Source: Octopus vulgaris
Taxonomy: Eukaryota
Assembly: GCA_951406725.2 (NCBI GenBank)
Contig: OX597824.1
Location: 4,650,001 to 4,714,000 of the forward strand
DNA: 64,000 bases
Direction: 5' to 3'
Positions 38,491 through 51,327 of the stretch are shown in pieces. Both the position numbers and the translations under genes were made by a program. Below the pieces are notes generated by a model. That model ran no database searches, was not told the DNA's origin, and saw nothing but the letters and a program-made list of their open reading frames with translations. Within the stretch, counting starts at the first letter, position 1; every line of letters begins with the position of its first letter.

Positions 38491-39728
38491 GTAGGCTTCA
38501 TTAGATATTAGCAAATTATTGGTAAAGATAACTATTCCAAAATACATTATGCAGATGCACATGTGCACAGAGAGATACATATAAAGGAGTGTGCACCCAG
38601 GTGCAGAATATTAACTTTTGGCAAACCAAATCTCCAACACTTTTTAAAAGGCATAATCATAAAAAATGATATTTCCCCCAACCATAAAAACTTTAAGCTT
38701 CATGCCTACCTAGAGAAAGTAATAGGAAACCGCTCCAGTCACCATGAATTATTATAAGTTAGAAACTGAATGAGAGATGCATTCTGAAGAAAATATATAC
38801 AATATTAAACTGCATGCATTATTCTCTCTCGATAAGTTACTTAGCTAATTCCAGGTGACACATGTTATTCTGTGTTGCAATAAATGTTGACACTGCAGAT
38901 AAAACATTTGTAGTTCAATCTGAAAGAGAAACTATGCACAAACTCCTCAGGTGAAATACAAGTACATTTTCCTGGTAAGGTAAGAAACGGTTCAGTTTCT
39001 ATCAGCAGGTTGTTACATTTTGCTCCTGAATTGTTGTCTACAAATAAATGTGTGCTTTTTAATATATTGAATATTAAAAATCTTAGTTATTAATTCAAAA
39101 CTTATTCAAATATGCATGTATGTGTGTGTATCAATAGATTATGTTGCACTAGTAAGAAAGTGTACTCAATGTATAGCACAGAGTTTATTTATTTATCTAT
39201 TTATTTAATATACAATTTTAATAAATATATATACAGCTAAATATGTTTATATATAGTTTTTGGGGTTTGTTTGTTTGTTTTTTTTAAATATAAATACATT
39301 CACATATCAGCTCATTTGTGAATAGGAGTTTTGATTGAAGTTTCACATTTTTTTAAAGTTTGATATTTCAAAATTATAAAACTAAGTCATTTTCATAAAC
39401 CAAAATTAGCTGGAAGAGAAAAAAGATGAAATTAAAACTATAATTAAAGCCAGCATTCAGATACAAGCTGAAACCTTGTTATTGATTTGATTTTGTTTTG
39501 TCTTTCTTTTTAAATTAAATTTCAACACAAGTTTGAATTTGAATTTTTTCCTTTTTTTTTTCAAACTGAGATTCCTATTATCACATACAGAAATATTTTT
39601 CATTTACCTGTTCAAAACGTCAACCTGAGAAGGGAGAGAAATATTTGAAATTCAAACTGAAATTTTTGCACATGCACATGCATGCATGCTTGTGTGTTTT
39701 CTGATTATATTCTTAAAACATTTCTCAG

Positions 39729-39826
39729 CAATACGCAGAAGAACTGAGAGTAGCATTACCATTTCAGCAGCCATTGGCTTCAACTATGAAACAAGTAGTG
39801 TTGATTTACAAAATGACCAGAAGCAG
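39729..39826 (+). other. Candidate spliced exon (98 nt), product unknown
   Basis: Acceptor ..catttctcag, consensus donor CAG|GTAAGT, two open frames; no homology recognised. Confidence 0.3.
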
Positions 39827-40103
39827 GTAAGTTTTGAGCTGACCACATACACACACACACACACATTACTGCTATTGAGTGCAACTGGTAACACGTAACC
39901 CAGTACAGCCCATTGCATGGTTGGACCATTGCTGACTAAACCAACAATACCACCAAGCCTGCTTGGTGAGTAAGATAACTTTTGGATTCCCTGTGGAATG
40001 GAAAACATGACATGTCAAAAGGTAGATGAACTCAAAAGAGTCAACAGCTGACCAATTACAGGATATATTTATAATATATGCATGAGGACTTGGAAATACC
40101 TGG

Positions 40104-40438
40104 TTTAGTTAGTTAGTTAGTTAATTTTTTGGCTCAAACAGCAAAAAGCAAGGCCATGTAGGGGGACATGGAGTTATGTACAGGGTGGTGTTCATGTAAA
40201 AAGTTCAGGCCACTTGTGGTCAAGGGAGACTTTGAATCGAGCGGTCGTCGGCATCTTCACTATCTCGTCCGGCAGCTTATTCCACGGATCCGCAACCTGG
40301 ATGGAGAAAGCCCCTCTCCTTCGATTGAGATGAAATTGTTGCAGATAGAACTTTTCGGAGTGACCCCACAGCCAAAACTCTGGAGCAGGAGTGAAGAACA
40401 GCTCTTTTGAGAGGTTACACTTTCCGCTTATGATGTTG
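40104..40438 (-). mobile_element. CR1/L2-type LINE 3' end with (AACT)n tail
   Basis: Uninterrupted minus frame ..WGHSEKFYLQQFHLNRRRGAFSIQVADPWNKLPDEIVKMPTTARFKVSLDHKW..*. Confidence 0.85.
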
Positions 40439-40559
40439 CCTAGGTGCTCATTTAGCCAACCAGATTGGGTTGATCTCTAAGCCATGGTGAAGGCAATTAG
40501 TGCAAGAGACAGAACACTAATATAAAAGCCTGAGGTATGCTGTTCATTGAGTTTATGGC

Positions 40560-41245
40560 AAACATTTAACATACATAATATTTAATAGGTGTTAGTAAGA
40601 AGGAAAGATGATAGGGCCCCAGTATCATCATGGAAATGGCCCTGCTCATTATGCAAAAAAGGAGTAGGTATGCTGAACTCAATGTAATCTAAGGGCACAC
40701 AGGAAGTAGAGTGGAATCAGGGGCAGGCTAAAAGGGAATACAAGCTTCGAATGTGGCAGATGTTTTGGAGTAATATACATACTAGGAACATATCAAAAAT
40801 AGATTCTTGTAAATGCCCAAATGGCTCACTGGAAGTAGCTGATGGCTTCTGTTAACTAGAAGACATAATCAGCAGGAGAGAAAGTTACCCAGAAAATATA
40901 GTAGCCAGACTAAGCATTAACTGGAAAAAAATTCAAGGAATTATTACCACAGCTGGCAACAAAAGATTTTTTTAGTGACAGGAAGACTGTTTGATGCTTG
41001 TGTTAGATCCGTAATGTTGCATGGTAGGAAAACATGAAACTTACAAAGACTAGAAAGACATGAAGCCAGCATGCTTCACCAAAATATTCCTGAGCCGAGA
41101 GGAAAACTGGAGATAAGAGTTACCACGTGTAATATGTAAAAGAAGAGGCTGCACTGGTATGGAGATATGATGTGTATGAGAAATGATTGCTGCTTACTAA
41201 AGTACTAAGGACACCAAGTTAGTAAAACCTACAGAAGAAGAAAAC
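40560..41245 (+). mobile_element. Decayed RTE-like LINE RT fragment
   Basis: KWPCSLCKKGVG, LEVADGFC*LEDII, GRLFDACVRSVMLHG and RLERHEASML motifs. Confidence 0.75.
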
Positions 41246-41291
41246 GGTTTATTTTCCTCTCTTTCTCTCTTGTAATACATACACATATATA

Positions 41292-41515
41292 ATGACCCTG
41301 TTTTCCATGCTGGCACAGGTTGGACGGTTGGACAGGAGCTGGCTAACCAGAGGACTGTGCCAAGTTCTTCTGTCTGCTTTGGCGTGGTTTCTATGGTTTG
41401 AAGCCTTTCCCAAAGCCAACTGTTTTACAGAGTGTACTGAGTGCTTTTTATGTGGCACCAGCATGGGTGAGGTCACCAAATGATATGCAAGACAAAGACA
41501 AAGATTCCTCAACTA
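41292..41515 (-). mobile_element. Decayed family C element
   Basis: TTTCCATGCTGGCACAGGTTGGACGG reversed tail. Confidence 0.7.
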
Positions 41516-42049
41516 AGAGAGGAATAGTATTTAGAGAGGTGGCTGTGTGCCAGGGGATGAAAGGTTAAGCTATGAGAGAGGGACAGAAGCAGGTAGGTTT
41601 TTGTAGAGAAGATACATGGGTACCAGTGTCAGAGGAAAAAGACAGACAGACAGAAAGAGAAAGAGAGAGAGAAACAGGGTGGTAGTGAAGTTGTGCCAGG
41701 GAATACCCTCAGGTTCAGGGAGGTGAATGTAAGTGGAGTGGCACAGTGGACTGGGCAGGGTGAGTGAGTAAGGTGATCAAAGGAGTTTAAGAAGAGACTA
41801 GAAGATAGAGGCGGGGGAAAGGGGAATGTAGGGAGTGGTGAGCATGGGTGGATAGGGGTGTGGCAGGATAGCAATGATATAGTTAGCAGAGGCGAGGACA
41901 GATGAGAGATATGACAAAGCAGTGCTGGGGAGCTGGAGGAACGAACATACATACATAACATACATACATAACATATATTTCTTTACTGTCCACAAGGGGC
42001 TAAACATAGAGGGGACAAACAAGGACAGACAAACGAATTAAGTCAATTA

Positions 42050-42138
42050 CATCATACATATATACATAACATACATACATATATACATACATACATGCAT
42101 ACATACACAGCATACATACATACATATACATACATACA

Positions 42139-42169
<31 letters not shown>

Positions 42170-42231
42170 CAAACATACATACATTACATAGATACATACA
42201 TACATTTACATACATACATTACATTCATACA

Positions 42232-42262
<31 letters not shown>

Positions 42263-42335
42263 CATACATACATACATACATACATTACATACATACATAC
42301 ATTACATACATACATACATACATACATACACACAC
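42050..42335. repeat. (CATA)n microsatellite
   Basis: Direct reading. Confidence 0.95.
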
Positions 42336-42917
42336 AGTTGTATGTGATGATGTTGCTATTTTATGACAATAATATCAATAAACCAGAGAAATATTTCAAA
42401 TTACTGTACTCATTTCACTAATGATTAATCCATTAGTAGTTCATTAACAGCTCCTTCATCATTTCTGTCTTCTATCTTTTATTCCGTACCCTGTGTCTTC
42501 CTACTGCTACGAATGTTCTAACTTCATACCCAACTACAGATAATTCTGTAAATCACTAGTTTACCTCTAGCTATATCGTAGGCACCATTCACTTTACTAT
42601 GAAATAATAAGCTTTTTCACAAACTAATAAATATTTTGAAAATACATTATTCAGGCAAACAATATTTCATTCAATGAATTTTAATTAGCTTAATTGTTTT
42701 AATTATTATTATAGTTATGATATTAATTGATAAAAATAATTGTTCGTTAAATAAGTAAAGTGTTTATGCATTTATAATTTAATAGTTTTTCTTATGGTAA
42801 GAGCATACATACGGAATATAATTAAAATATTTGACATAAGTATAGAATTTTAACTCTGTTCTTTATTTTAAATATATATGAAATAGCAGTGTTTATTTTC
42901 TGATGATTACTGGGACT

Positions 42918-43146
42918 AGGCGAGCTGGCAGAATCGTTAGCACGCCGGGCAAAATGCTTAGCAGTATTTCGTCTGCCGCTAGGTTCTGAGTTCAAATTCC
43001 ACCGAGGTCGACTTTGCCTTTCATCCTTTCGGGGTCGATTGAATAAGTACCAGTTACGCACTGGGGTCGATGTAATCGACTTAATCCCTTTGTTTGTCCT
43101 TGTTTGTCCCCTCTATGTTTAGCCCCTTGTGGGTAGTAAAGAAATA
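42918..43146 (+). mobile_element. tRNA-derived SINE, family A
   Basis: Well-preserved copy that retains CpGs. Confidence 0.92.
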
Positions 43147-43934
43147 TATACTTATAAAATGTAGATATAAATAATTAATGTGTGTGCGTGAGAGAGAGAG
43201 AGAGTGTGTGTGTGTGTATGTGTGTGTGTGTGTGAGAGAGAGAGAGAGTGTGTGTGTGTGTATGTGTGTGTGTGTGCATGTTTGTTTGTTTTTGCATGTA
43301 ATGTCTAGAAAAAGACAAAGGTAGAACTCCAAGTAACAATGATCTATGTTATATCAAGACTATATCAGTAAGTTACTCTACTTCTAGATGTTACATGCAT
43401 ATAGATATACATGCATATGTATATGTAAGTGTGCAAGCACATATGTGTGCCTGTGCTTGTTTACATCTGTGCTCCTATGTGCAAAAGTTGTGACATTTGA
43501 GCATGTTGGTTTTTGTATATCTCCTGCCAATATTTGTCCTCTTGCTTCATGCCTTTGAAGATATGTGAAGTAAAAGGACTTTTACATCAAAAACTGGTGC
43601 CAGTGTCAGGAAGGGCATCCGGCTGCAAGGGAAGGCCATAATAATATATTTATTTGTCTAACCCAGGGACCTGTGCTAGCATGGAAAAACAAGTAAAATC
43701 AAAAGAACTGGGTCCACTTTTTATGGTACCAGCCCTAGAGAGAGGTTGTTAGGTCTTCCATAAAACTAAAGAGGCCTCTCAACCCCGCTTAAGCCTAAAC
43801 AGATCGCAATGAGTGAATGACAGCGATTATGAATGATGGTGATGGAGGGATGTGTAATAGAGGGATAAGGGTGCTAGGGAGGAGATGCAGCTGTCAGAAA
43901 CACAGAGGCCAATCATGTACACTTGATGGTAAGC

Positions 43935-43998
43935 ATATACATTCATATATACATACATATATGCATATATATATACATACATATGTATGTGTATATAT

Positions 43999-44045
<47 letters not shown>

Positions 44046-44273
44046 CATACATATGTATATATATATGTATATATGTATGCATTATATATGTATGTATTTA
44101 CTATATATATATTTATTATACATACATACCTATATACATATATATATACACACACATACATATATATACATACATATATATACATACATGCATGTATATA
44201 TATATATATATGCATACATGTATGTATGTATACCTACACACATATATACATGCACACATATACACACACACAC
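43935..44273. repeat. Compound (TA)/(CA)/(CATA) microsatellite
   Basis: Direct reading. Confidence 0.9.
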
Positions 44274-44510
44274 AATGTCCCAGATGCTATGCTTGGATAA
44301 AAGAGCAGAGCAACTTCCCTCATACAGGGCATCCCAAGTTTCTCTCTTCCACAGGATCCATTCACTTCAATGTGCAGCACTTCTTTACAGAGCTGGCCTC
44401 CTCCATGAATATCACATGTCCAACCCACATGAATGCAATCTTCTCTCTCTCACACTACATTTGATTCCTCTTAGGTTCAGTTTTCCTTTTACCTTATTTG
44501 GGTCCATCAT
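44274..44510 (-). mobile_element. RTE-like LINE 3' remnant
   Basis: KLNLRGIKCSVRERRL followed by decayed downstream motifs. Confidence 0.6.
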
Positions 44511-44526
44511 TGATACATGCATGCTT

Positions 44527-44950
44527 ATCATCATCGTTTTAACATCCCTCTTTTCCATGCTCACATGAGTTGAATGGAATTTGTTGAGGCAGATTTTTTC
44601 TACAGCTGGATGCCCTCCCTGTCACCAACTCTCACTTATTTCTAAATAAGGTAATATTTCCTCACGACCAGACATGTTTTCACAGAAGATTGGAAACGAA
44701 TGACACTGCTTGCAAGATAGTGACATTCATTTACAACTATCACATGATGTCAAGGCCAGGAGACAGCAACACACACATATACACATATGATGGGATTCTT
44801 TCAGTTTCCATCTACCAGATCCAATCATAAGGTTTTGGTCAGCTTGGGGGTGGGCTATAGTAGAAAACAGTTACCCGAGGTGCCATACAGTGGGACTGAA
44901 CCTGGAACCATATGGCTGGGACAAAATTTTCTTATAACACAACTACACCT
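44527..44950 (-). mobile_element. SINE, family B head with alternative (GAT)n tail
   Basis: B head (TTCAGTTTCCATCTACC, GGGACTGAACC) joined through a CA/TA tract to a GCTGGATGCCCTCCC tail. Confidence 0.7.
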
Positions 44951-44964
44951 ACACACACACACAC

Positions 44965-45290
44965 AGCCTAGGGATCTAGGGATTAGGGTTTTGAGTGGTT
45001 AGTTCATGGCCATAAAGCTGAAGGTTCAATTCCTGGCTGTGTGCTACATTGTGTCCTTAAGTAAGATACTTCATTTCACATTGCCCCAGTCCACTTAGCT
45101 GAAAATGAGTACCAGCCAGGGGCTGGTGCAGTTATCTCTTCCTCTATCAGTTACATCCTCAATGTTCTGCTGGATCAAGGTTGGGTGGGCCAAAGAGATA
45201 TCTATGCCAGCCTGTGTCTACAAAGGAACCTAAAGCCATTAGCAAAAGCATGGTAGATGCTACCAAGTCACCATACTCCTGAGAAATGGT
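44965..45290 (+). mobile_element. Decayed tRNA-derived SINE with V-domain-like motif
   Basis: GGTTCAATTCC B-box, then TGTGTCCTTAAGTAAGATACTT. Confidence 0.4.
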
Positions 45291-46059
45291 TATGCTTTGG
45301 CTTTAAGTACACACATACACACACTTTTAATATTATAGGTTTCATGCGATTGTGTTCACAGTTATTTAATCAGAATCTGAATAATGGGTGACAAATCTAC
45401 CATTCAAATAGCGATAATGTGGTATTTAAATGACAAGACAAATGAAATCGGGCCACTGAATTCCATTCAAAGAATACTTATCCACCCATGCAATGTTGGG
45501 CTAATTCTTGCAGTTTGTCACTAATATACCAGTGTGTGTGTGTGTTTACATGTGTGTATGTAAATTTTTATTGACTCTGAAAGGAGTGGGGAAGTAGTCT
45601 CAAGCAATCAACAATTTTCTGGAATCGAAGAAAAGACAGTCTATTTTTTTTCCCCCTTCTGGAAACAAGAGAACAGCTGTTAATACACGCTTCTGTCTCA
45701 ATAGGAGTTATCAACGTGGCATTAACTACCCTGGCTCCAGTAGACACAGTCAGACATATACAAAAAAGGGAAGAGAATATTTATGGCCAAAAATGTTCTA
45801 TACACGTGCACATACGTAGACACATATATGTATAAAACATATGTACATTTATACATATAGCCTTTATATACAATGTGAAATTCAAGCATGAATATATGGT
45901 GTGTGTGTGTGTGCGTGTGCATAATTAAGGGTGTAATATGGATGTATTTACAGTAGCCAGAATTATAGCAAGTTGTTATAAAAGTGCATCTGCAGTCAGC
46001 TGCTTAGGGAACTGCAGCAGAATCAGCTGACTGTAATAGGGTCCTAGCATTTCAATGGA

Positions 46060-46363
46060 GGCAGAGCTTTCAAATAGAGAGTAAAGAGAAATGATGCAGT
46101 AAAAAAGGGGAAATGGATGTGGTAGGGGTGGATGAGAGGATAGAGGGATATGATGAAAGAGCCAATGCAGTTTGGAGGAGGAGGAAAGAGGATTGAAAGG
46201 GAGAGAGATGAGATAAGAAAAAGGAGAAAGTAGGGGAAAGAATATGTCAGTGAAGGAGAAAGTTCAAGTAAAAATGAATGAATTAAAGAGAAGAAGAAAA
46301 TTGGAGGAAGAAAGGAAATCCGAAAGAGAAATAAAAGAGTAACAAAGAGAAAAAGAGAGAGGT

Positions 46364-46423
<60 letters not shown>

Positions 46424-46700
46424 AAGAGTGTGTTGCACAAGATGGGAAGCAGGTAGGAGAGAGGTGGTAGAAGATGAGAGAGAAAAGTGCAAGTGAAAAA
46501 GATGGGAAAGGAATTAGAAAAGAAGAGAAGAGGAAAATGGAAACAAGTGGAATGAGAGAATGTAATATGTTTGTATGTCTATAAGTTAGAAAGGGTGAAA
46601 GTAAAAATAAGGAATGGAAGAAGAGACAGTGAAAACGAAAAGAAGAGAAATGGGGAGAAAGAAGAAATGAGAAAGGATGTGAGGCAATATACATATACAC
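46060..46700. repeat. GA-rich low-complexity tract including (GA)n
   Basis: Direct reading. Confidence 0.85.
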
Positions 46701-47525
46701 AGCAGAATGACCAATTAAGAAATGGTTATAATACATTTTGGGAAAACAATAATATCCTTCTAACACAATGAAAGTGCACATTATAAATGAGTCAATATTT
46801 ACAGGGTTTGTCTCTGAGCCATAAAAATCTTCAAAGTGAACATAATTGTTCAACAATGGATTTAAATTCTGTTTTAACAATAGATAAGCACTGATTCAGT
46901 AATTATTCTGCATTCTATTTTTGTTAGTTTATGGATTAATGTGGTATTATTTTCAAGTTTCTTTTCTAGTGTGTTTTCCCATTTTGCCTCAAGAGAAAAG
47001 GAGTGAGATTACAAAGCTAACCTCTAAGCGCACGGTTTGGCCTCTAGGTAGAGACATGCACACAGCAATACAGAGCCAGCAACTTTCAAAGACTATTACT
47101 TCTCATCCCCCTCCCCTCTGTCTGCCACTGCTGGAATCAACCAATAAATGTAATAATAATAATATCGATAACCAAAGATTCGACTGATTGAAACATATTG
47201 TGACATACATATATACATAAAAGATAATGTTAACCATCCAAACAATTTAAACTATCACAAATTCATAGATATTCCAATTTATCAAGGGTGATTTCTAACA
47301 TAGATACATGGCCTCCGTTTTTGATAAATGCATATAGACAATTAATTCAACCACAGTACTTTATTTACTCCAGAAGAATGAAAAGCAATGTTGAGCTAAG
47401 CAGGATTTGAACTCAGGATGTAAGGGGCTGTGACTAAATGCAAGGAATTTTGTCTAACACTCTAACAATTCTACTAATTCACTCACCTTTTGCATATGAT
47501 GGCACTTTGGACTACAACTGTTTCT

Positions 47526-47751
47526 CATTTCTTTATTGCCCACAAGGGGCTAAACATAGAGGGGACAAACAAGGACAAAGGGATTAAGTTGATTACATCG
47601 ACCCAATGCATAACTGGTACTTATTTAATCGACCCCCAAAAGGATAAAAGGCAAAGTCGACCTTAGCAGAATTTGAACTCAGAATGTAAAGACAGACGAA
47701 ATGCCGCTAAACATTTCGCCTGGTGTGCTAATGTTTCTGCCAGCTCGCCGC
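47526..47751 (-). mobile_element. tRNA-derived SINE, family A with ~14-bp TSD
   Basis: CTACAACT(G/A)TTTCT at 47512-47525 and 47752-47765. Confidence 0.9.
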
Positions 47752-47959
47752 CTACAACTATTTCTATTAATGAAAAGCAGTTGCCCTTCATGAGGTCCCT
47801 TGCTATTGGTAACTGTGTGGTAAATAATCAAAACCTATAATTTGGGATATGATATTTAAAACCTGTAGGAAATCTACACTGTTTTTTGTCAAAAATATCA
47901 GAAATATAAGTGTATATTATTATTCATGGATACATGGTGCAAATCAAACATATAACTAA

Positions 47960-48540
47960 GCTTTGTAGAAGTCACCTTTCTAATCCAGCCTCATCAGGAA
48001 GGAGTGTAACTACTGCTGAACTATGTAAACTCAGTAAGACTGTCAACACAGTTCACAATAAAAAAGGGAATGGACAATAAACTGGCCTTCCTGGATGTAC
48101 TAATAATAATTCACACCCTGTGTAGATTTATGACATTCACTGGACAGTACCTGATTTGATTCCCACCATTCATGCAACATGAAGGAAGGAACTATTACCT
48201 ACAACAGGGAGTAAAACTCATAGCATCTCAGATATAAACTAAAAGCGATGGTGAGGCCCTTCATTGTATTGTTATGCTAGCATAGTATCAGCTTCTAAGA
48301 GCAAAAATATAAGGGTCAAGAATATTAGTCAGAAAGCTGAAAAAATGGTATAAACTTTACTTAAAAGGTTGTTGAAAATTAGATCTGCAATCCATACAAC
48401 ATTAGAATAATATTCAAAAAGGGAAAGGACATGTCACCAATGGAGAACAATCTGAAGATAAGAGACAAGGAACAAGTCTGGCAAATAAGACAATTGAAAG
48501 AATCAGGGCATATGTCGGGTTTTGATAACCTCATCAGTAG
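47960..48540 (+). mobile_element. Decayed Penelope-like RT fragment
   Basis: LLNYVNSVRLSTQFTIKKGMDNKLAFLDVLI..TFTGQYL (PLE RT C-terminal motifs). Confidence 0.7.
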
Positions 48541-48545
48541 GACTA

Positions 48546-48757
48546 GTATTCTTTTCTACTCTAGGCAAAAGGCCTGAAATTTGGGGGAGGGGCCAGTCGA
48601 TTACATCGACCCCAGTACACATCTGGTACTTAATTTATCGACCTCGAAAGGATGAGATGCAAAGTCGACCTCAGCGGAATTTGAACTCAGAACATAAAGA
48701 CAAAATACCGTTAAGCATTTCGCCCAGCATGCTAACGATTCTGCCAGCTCGCCACCT
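48546..48757 (-). mobile_element. SINE, family A (short-tail variant) with 12-bp TSD
   Basis: TCAGTAGGACTA at 48534-48545 and 48758-48769. Confidence 0.9.
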
Positions 48758-49040
48758 TCAGTAGGACTAATATCAAGATGAACATCATATGCACACCTTT
48801 AATTAACAAAAAATGTTATAACTGAAGACCAGAAAAATGCTATGCTTAAGACTTTCATTTACTCTCATCTATTTTATGGGGGACACAATGGCTGAAACAT
48901 TGTGACTCTAACAATGATGTGGAGGAATTTAGTCCAAACTGTATAACAACGATAATTCTTCATCCAAGAAAGTTAAACAAAATCCGTGTGTATTGTTAGC
49001 TGTACATATATATATATATATATATATACATATATATATG

Positions 49041-49073
<33 letters not shown>

Positions 49074-49775
49074 GTATGTATGTATATATATATCATAATG
49101 AATGCATGTATTGGTACAGAGTGTTTTTGTTTATTCATCTTGCAGTTAGAATGGTCATCAAGATTGCAGTTATTAATGTCTTTTGTTTCAGTGAGTAAAC
49201 TTATTTGCTCGTTAATGAGGTGATTTTGTTGCTACTGATGACAGTTTGTTTGATGAAAGAGAACAGCATATTTAATATCTCAAAAGAGAGATTCAGAGAT
49301 ACACACTCTAAAAGGATTTTAATAACAGGAAGTTTGATTCTAAGTGTCTCTGGTGGAATACTTAATCAAAATAAGCACGCATGATCTGAAGTATGCTCAA
49401 TTCATTACATTTACTCAGATAATTAATTACATACAAACAGCACATGCATACGCATCCAGGTTTCAATATATACAAAATATAATAAACCATAAATGAGATT
49501 TTATATAAATAATATTAGCTAATATACATTTGTAAATAATATAATTTGAAAACGAAAACCTGAAATTTAACTGGGCAAGAGGTTCGCAATTACTTATGCA
49601 CTTGAATTAAGTTTGTATTGTTAATATTTTAATCAAATACTGAAAGGTATAAACGATTACATTCAGGATTAAAACAAAGTGTGTTTTCCCAGCACACTCT
49701 ACAGGAGACTTCCAATATAATTCTTATTATTGCTGTTGCCAATAGTATTGTTTATATGTGTTTAGCAACTAACAA

Positions 49776-49828
<53 letters not shown>

Positions 49829-49838
49829 TATACACACA

Positions 49839-49877
<39 letters not shown>

Positions 49878-49878
<1 letters not shown>

Positions 49879-50260
49879 CTACAGCATTCCGTTGGTTACA
49901 ACGACAAGGGTTCCAGTTGATCCGATCAACAGAACAGCCTGCTCGTGAAATTAACATGCAAGTGGCTGAGCATTCCACAGAACATACACCCTTAACGTAG
50001 TTCTCGGGGGAGATTCAGCATGACACAGAGTGTGTCAAGGCTGGCCCTTCAAAATACGGGTACAACAGAAACAGGAAGAAAGAGTGAGAGAAAGTTGTGG
50101 TGAAAGAATACAGCAGGGTTCGCTACCACCCCCTGCTGGAGCCTTGTTGAGCTTTAGGTGTTTTCACTCAATAAACACTCACAACGCCCAGTCTGGGAAT
50201 CAAAACCATGATCCTATGACTGCGAGTCCACTGCCCTAACCACTGGGCCATTGCACCTCC
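49878..50260 (-). mobile_element. tRNA-derived SINE, family E, lying within (CA)n
   Basis: Minus head GGAGGTGCAATGGCCCAGTGGTTAGGGCAG..GGTTTTGATTCCC is tRNA-like; (CA)n on both sides. Confidence 0.8.
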
Positions 50261-50263
50261 ACA

Positions 50264-50320
<57 letters not shown>

Positions 50321-50700
50321 GATGCAAAACTGTTTCGTTTTCAACCCAGACAAAAATAGACATGTGTGTCATATGAGCTGGAAGTCTTTTGGTCTTTTCA
50401 CCTCTTCACTAATTAAGAATATTTGAACCACAATGAATTCGACTGTCATAGCAACCAGAAAAGACGTGTTTTCACCTTTTTAATGAGAAACTGGGCATGT
50501 TGTTGTGATCTAGCTCAGGTCACCTCTGAATGGGGAAACTTGCAATCAATGACATTCCAGCTCAGATTACACCATTTTTTTTTATCTAGGGTTATCTACG
50601 ACTACATTATTAAATGTTTCCTCTTCTTTGTTGTGCTTTGAAAGAGGTTTGGCTGCTATTTCAAGAAGGCTGGAGTGAGTGTTCAGAGGCTGCCTTGGCT

Positions 50701-50907
50701 TATCTTTTACTTCTTTCTTTTAATTAGACTGTGGTCATGCTGGGGCACCACCTCGAAGAACTTTTGGTCAAATGAATTGAGCCCAGTATTTATTTTATCA
50801 ATCTTTTTTTTGGCTGAACTGCTAAGTTACAGTGACATAAACACACCAACACTGGTTATCAAGCCATGGTGGGGGACAAACACACACACAAAGACACATG
50901 CACACAA

Positions 50908-50940
<33 letters not shown>

Positions 50941-51106
50941 AAAATATATATATATATATATATATGACAGGCTTCTTACGGTTTCCATCTACCAAATTCA
51001 CTCACAAGGCTTTAGTAGAAGACACTTGCCCAAGGTACCATATAGTGGGACTGAACCCAGAACCATGTGGTTGGGAAGCAAGCTTCTTACCACACAGCCA
51101 TGCCTG
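50701..51106 (-). mobile_element. SINE, family B
   Basis: Reverse complement of the family B consensus. Confidence 0.85.
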
Positions 51107-51327
51107 CTCAATTTACTCATAGAAGTTTCCATGGTAATGATAAAATTAGCGACGTTCAAAATAGCAAAAGTAGTAATTGCAGTGGCAGATTTTGTGTATT
51201 GCTTCAGTTTTGTTTAATTAATTTGCTTCATCAACCTTTTAATCAGTAGTCAACAATTCTGAAGCCTGCAATATCAATCTAGGACTTTAACATCCCAATT
51301 CAAAACTGCTAATTTGATTTTTGAAAC

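Noticed and set aside
43817-44568. 215- and 193-aa ORFs
   Set aside because: Translations of TA/CA microsatellites that happen to lack stops
45977-46035. TATAAAAG plus a short CAGTCAGCTG inverted repeat as a promoter
   Set aside because: No correctly spaced initiator or downstream exon; expected by chance
46044-46880. Longest ORF (278 aa)
   Set aside because: Read-through of a GA/CT low-complexity tract; the F/L/S bias is compositional
50180-50260. tRNA-like sequence (also the heads of families A and B)
   Set aside because: No complete cloverleaf; it continues into a SINE body
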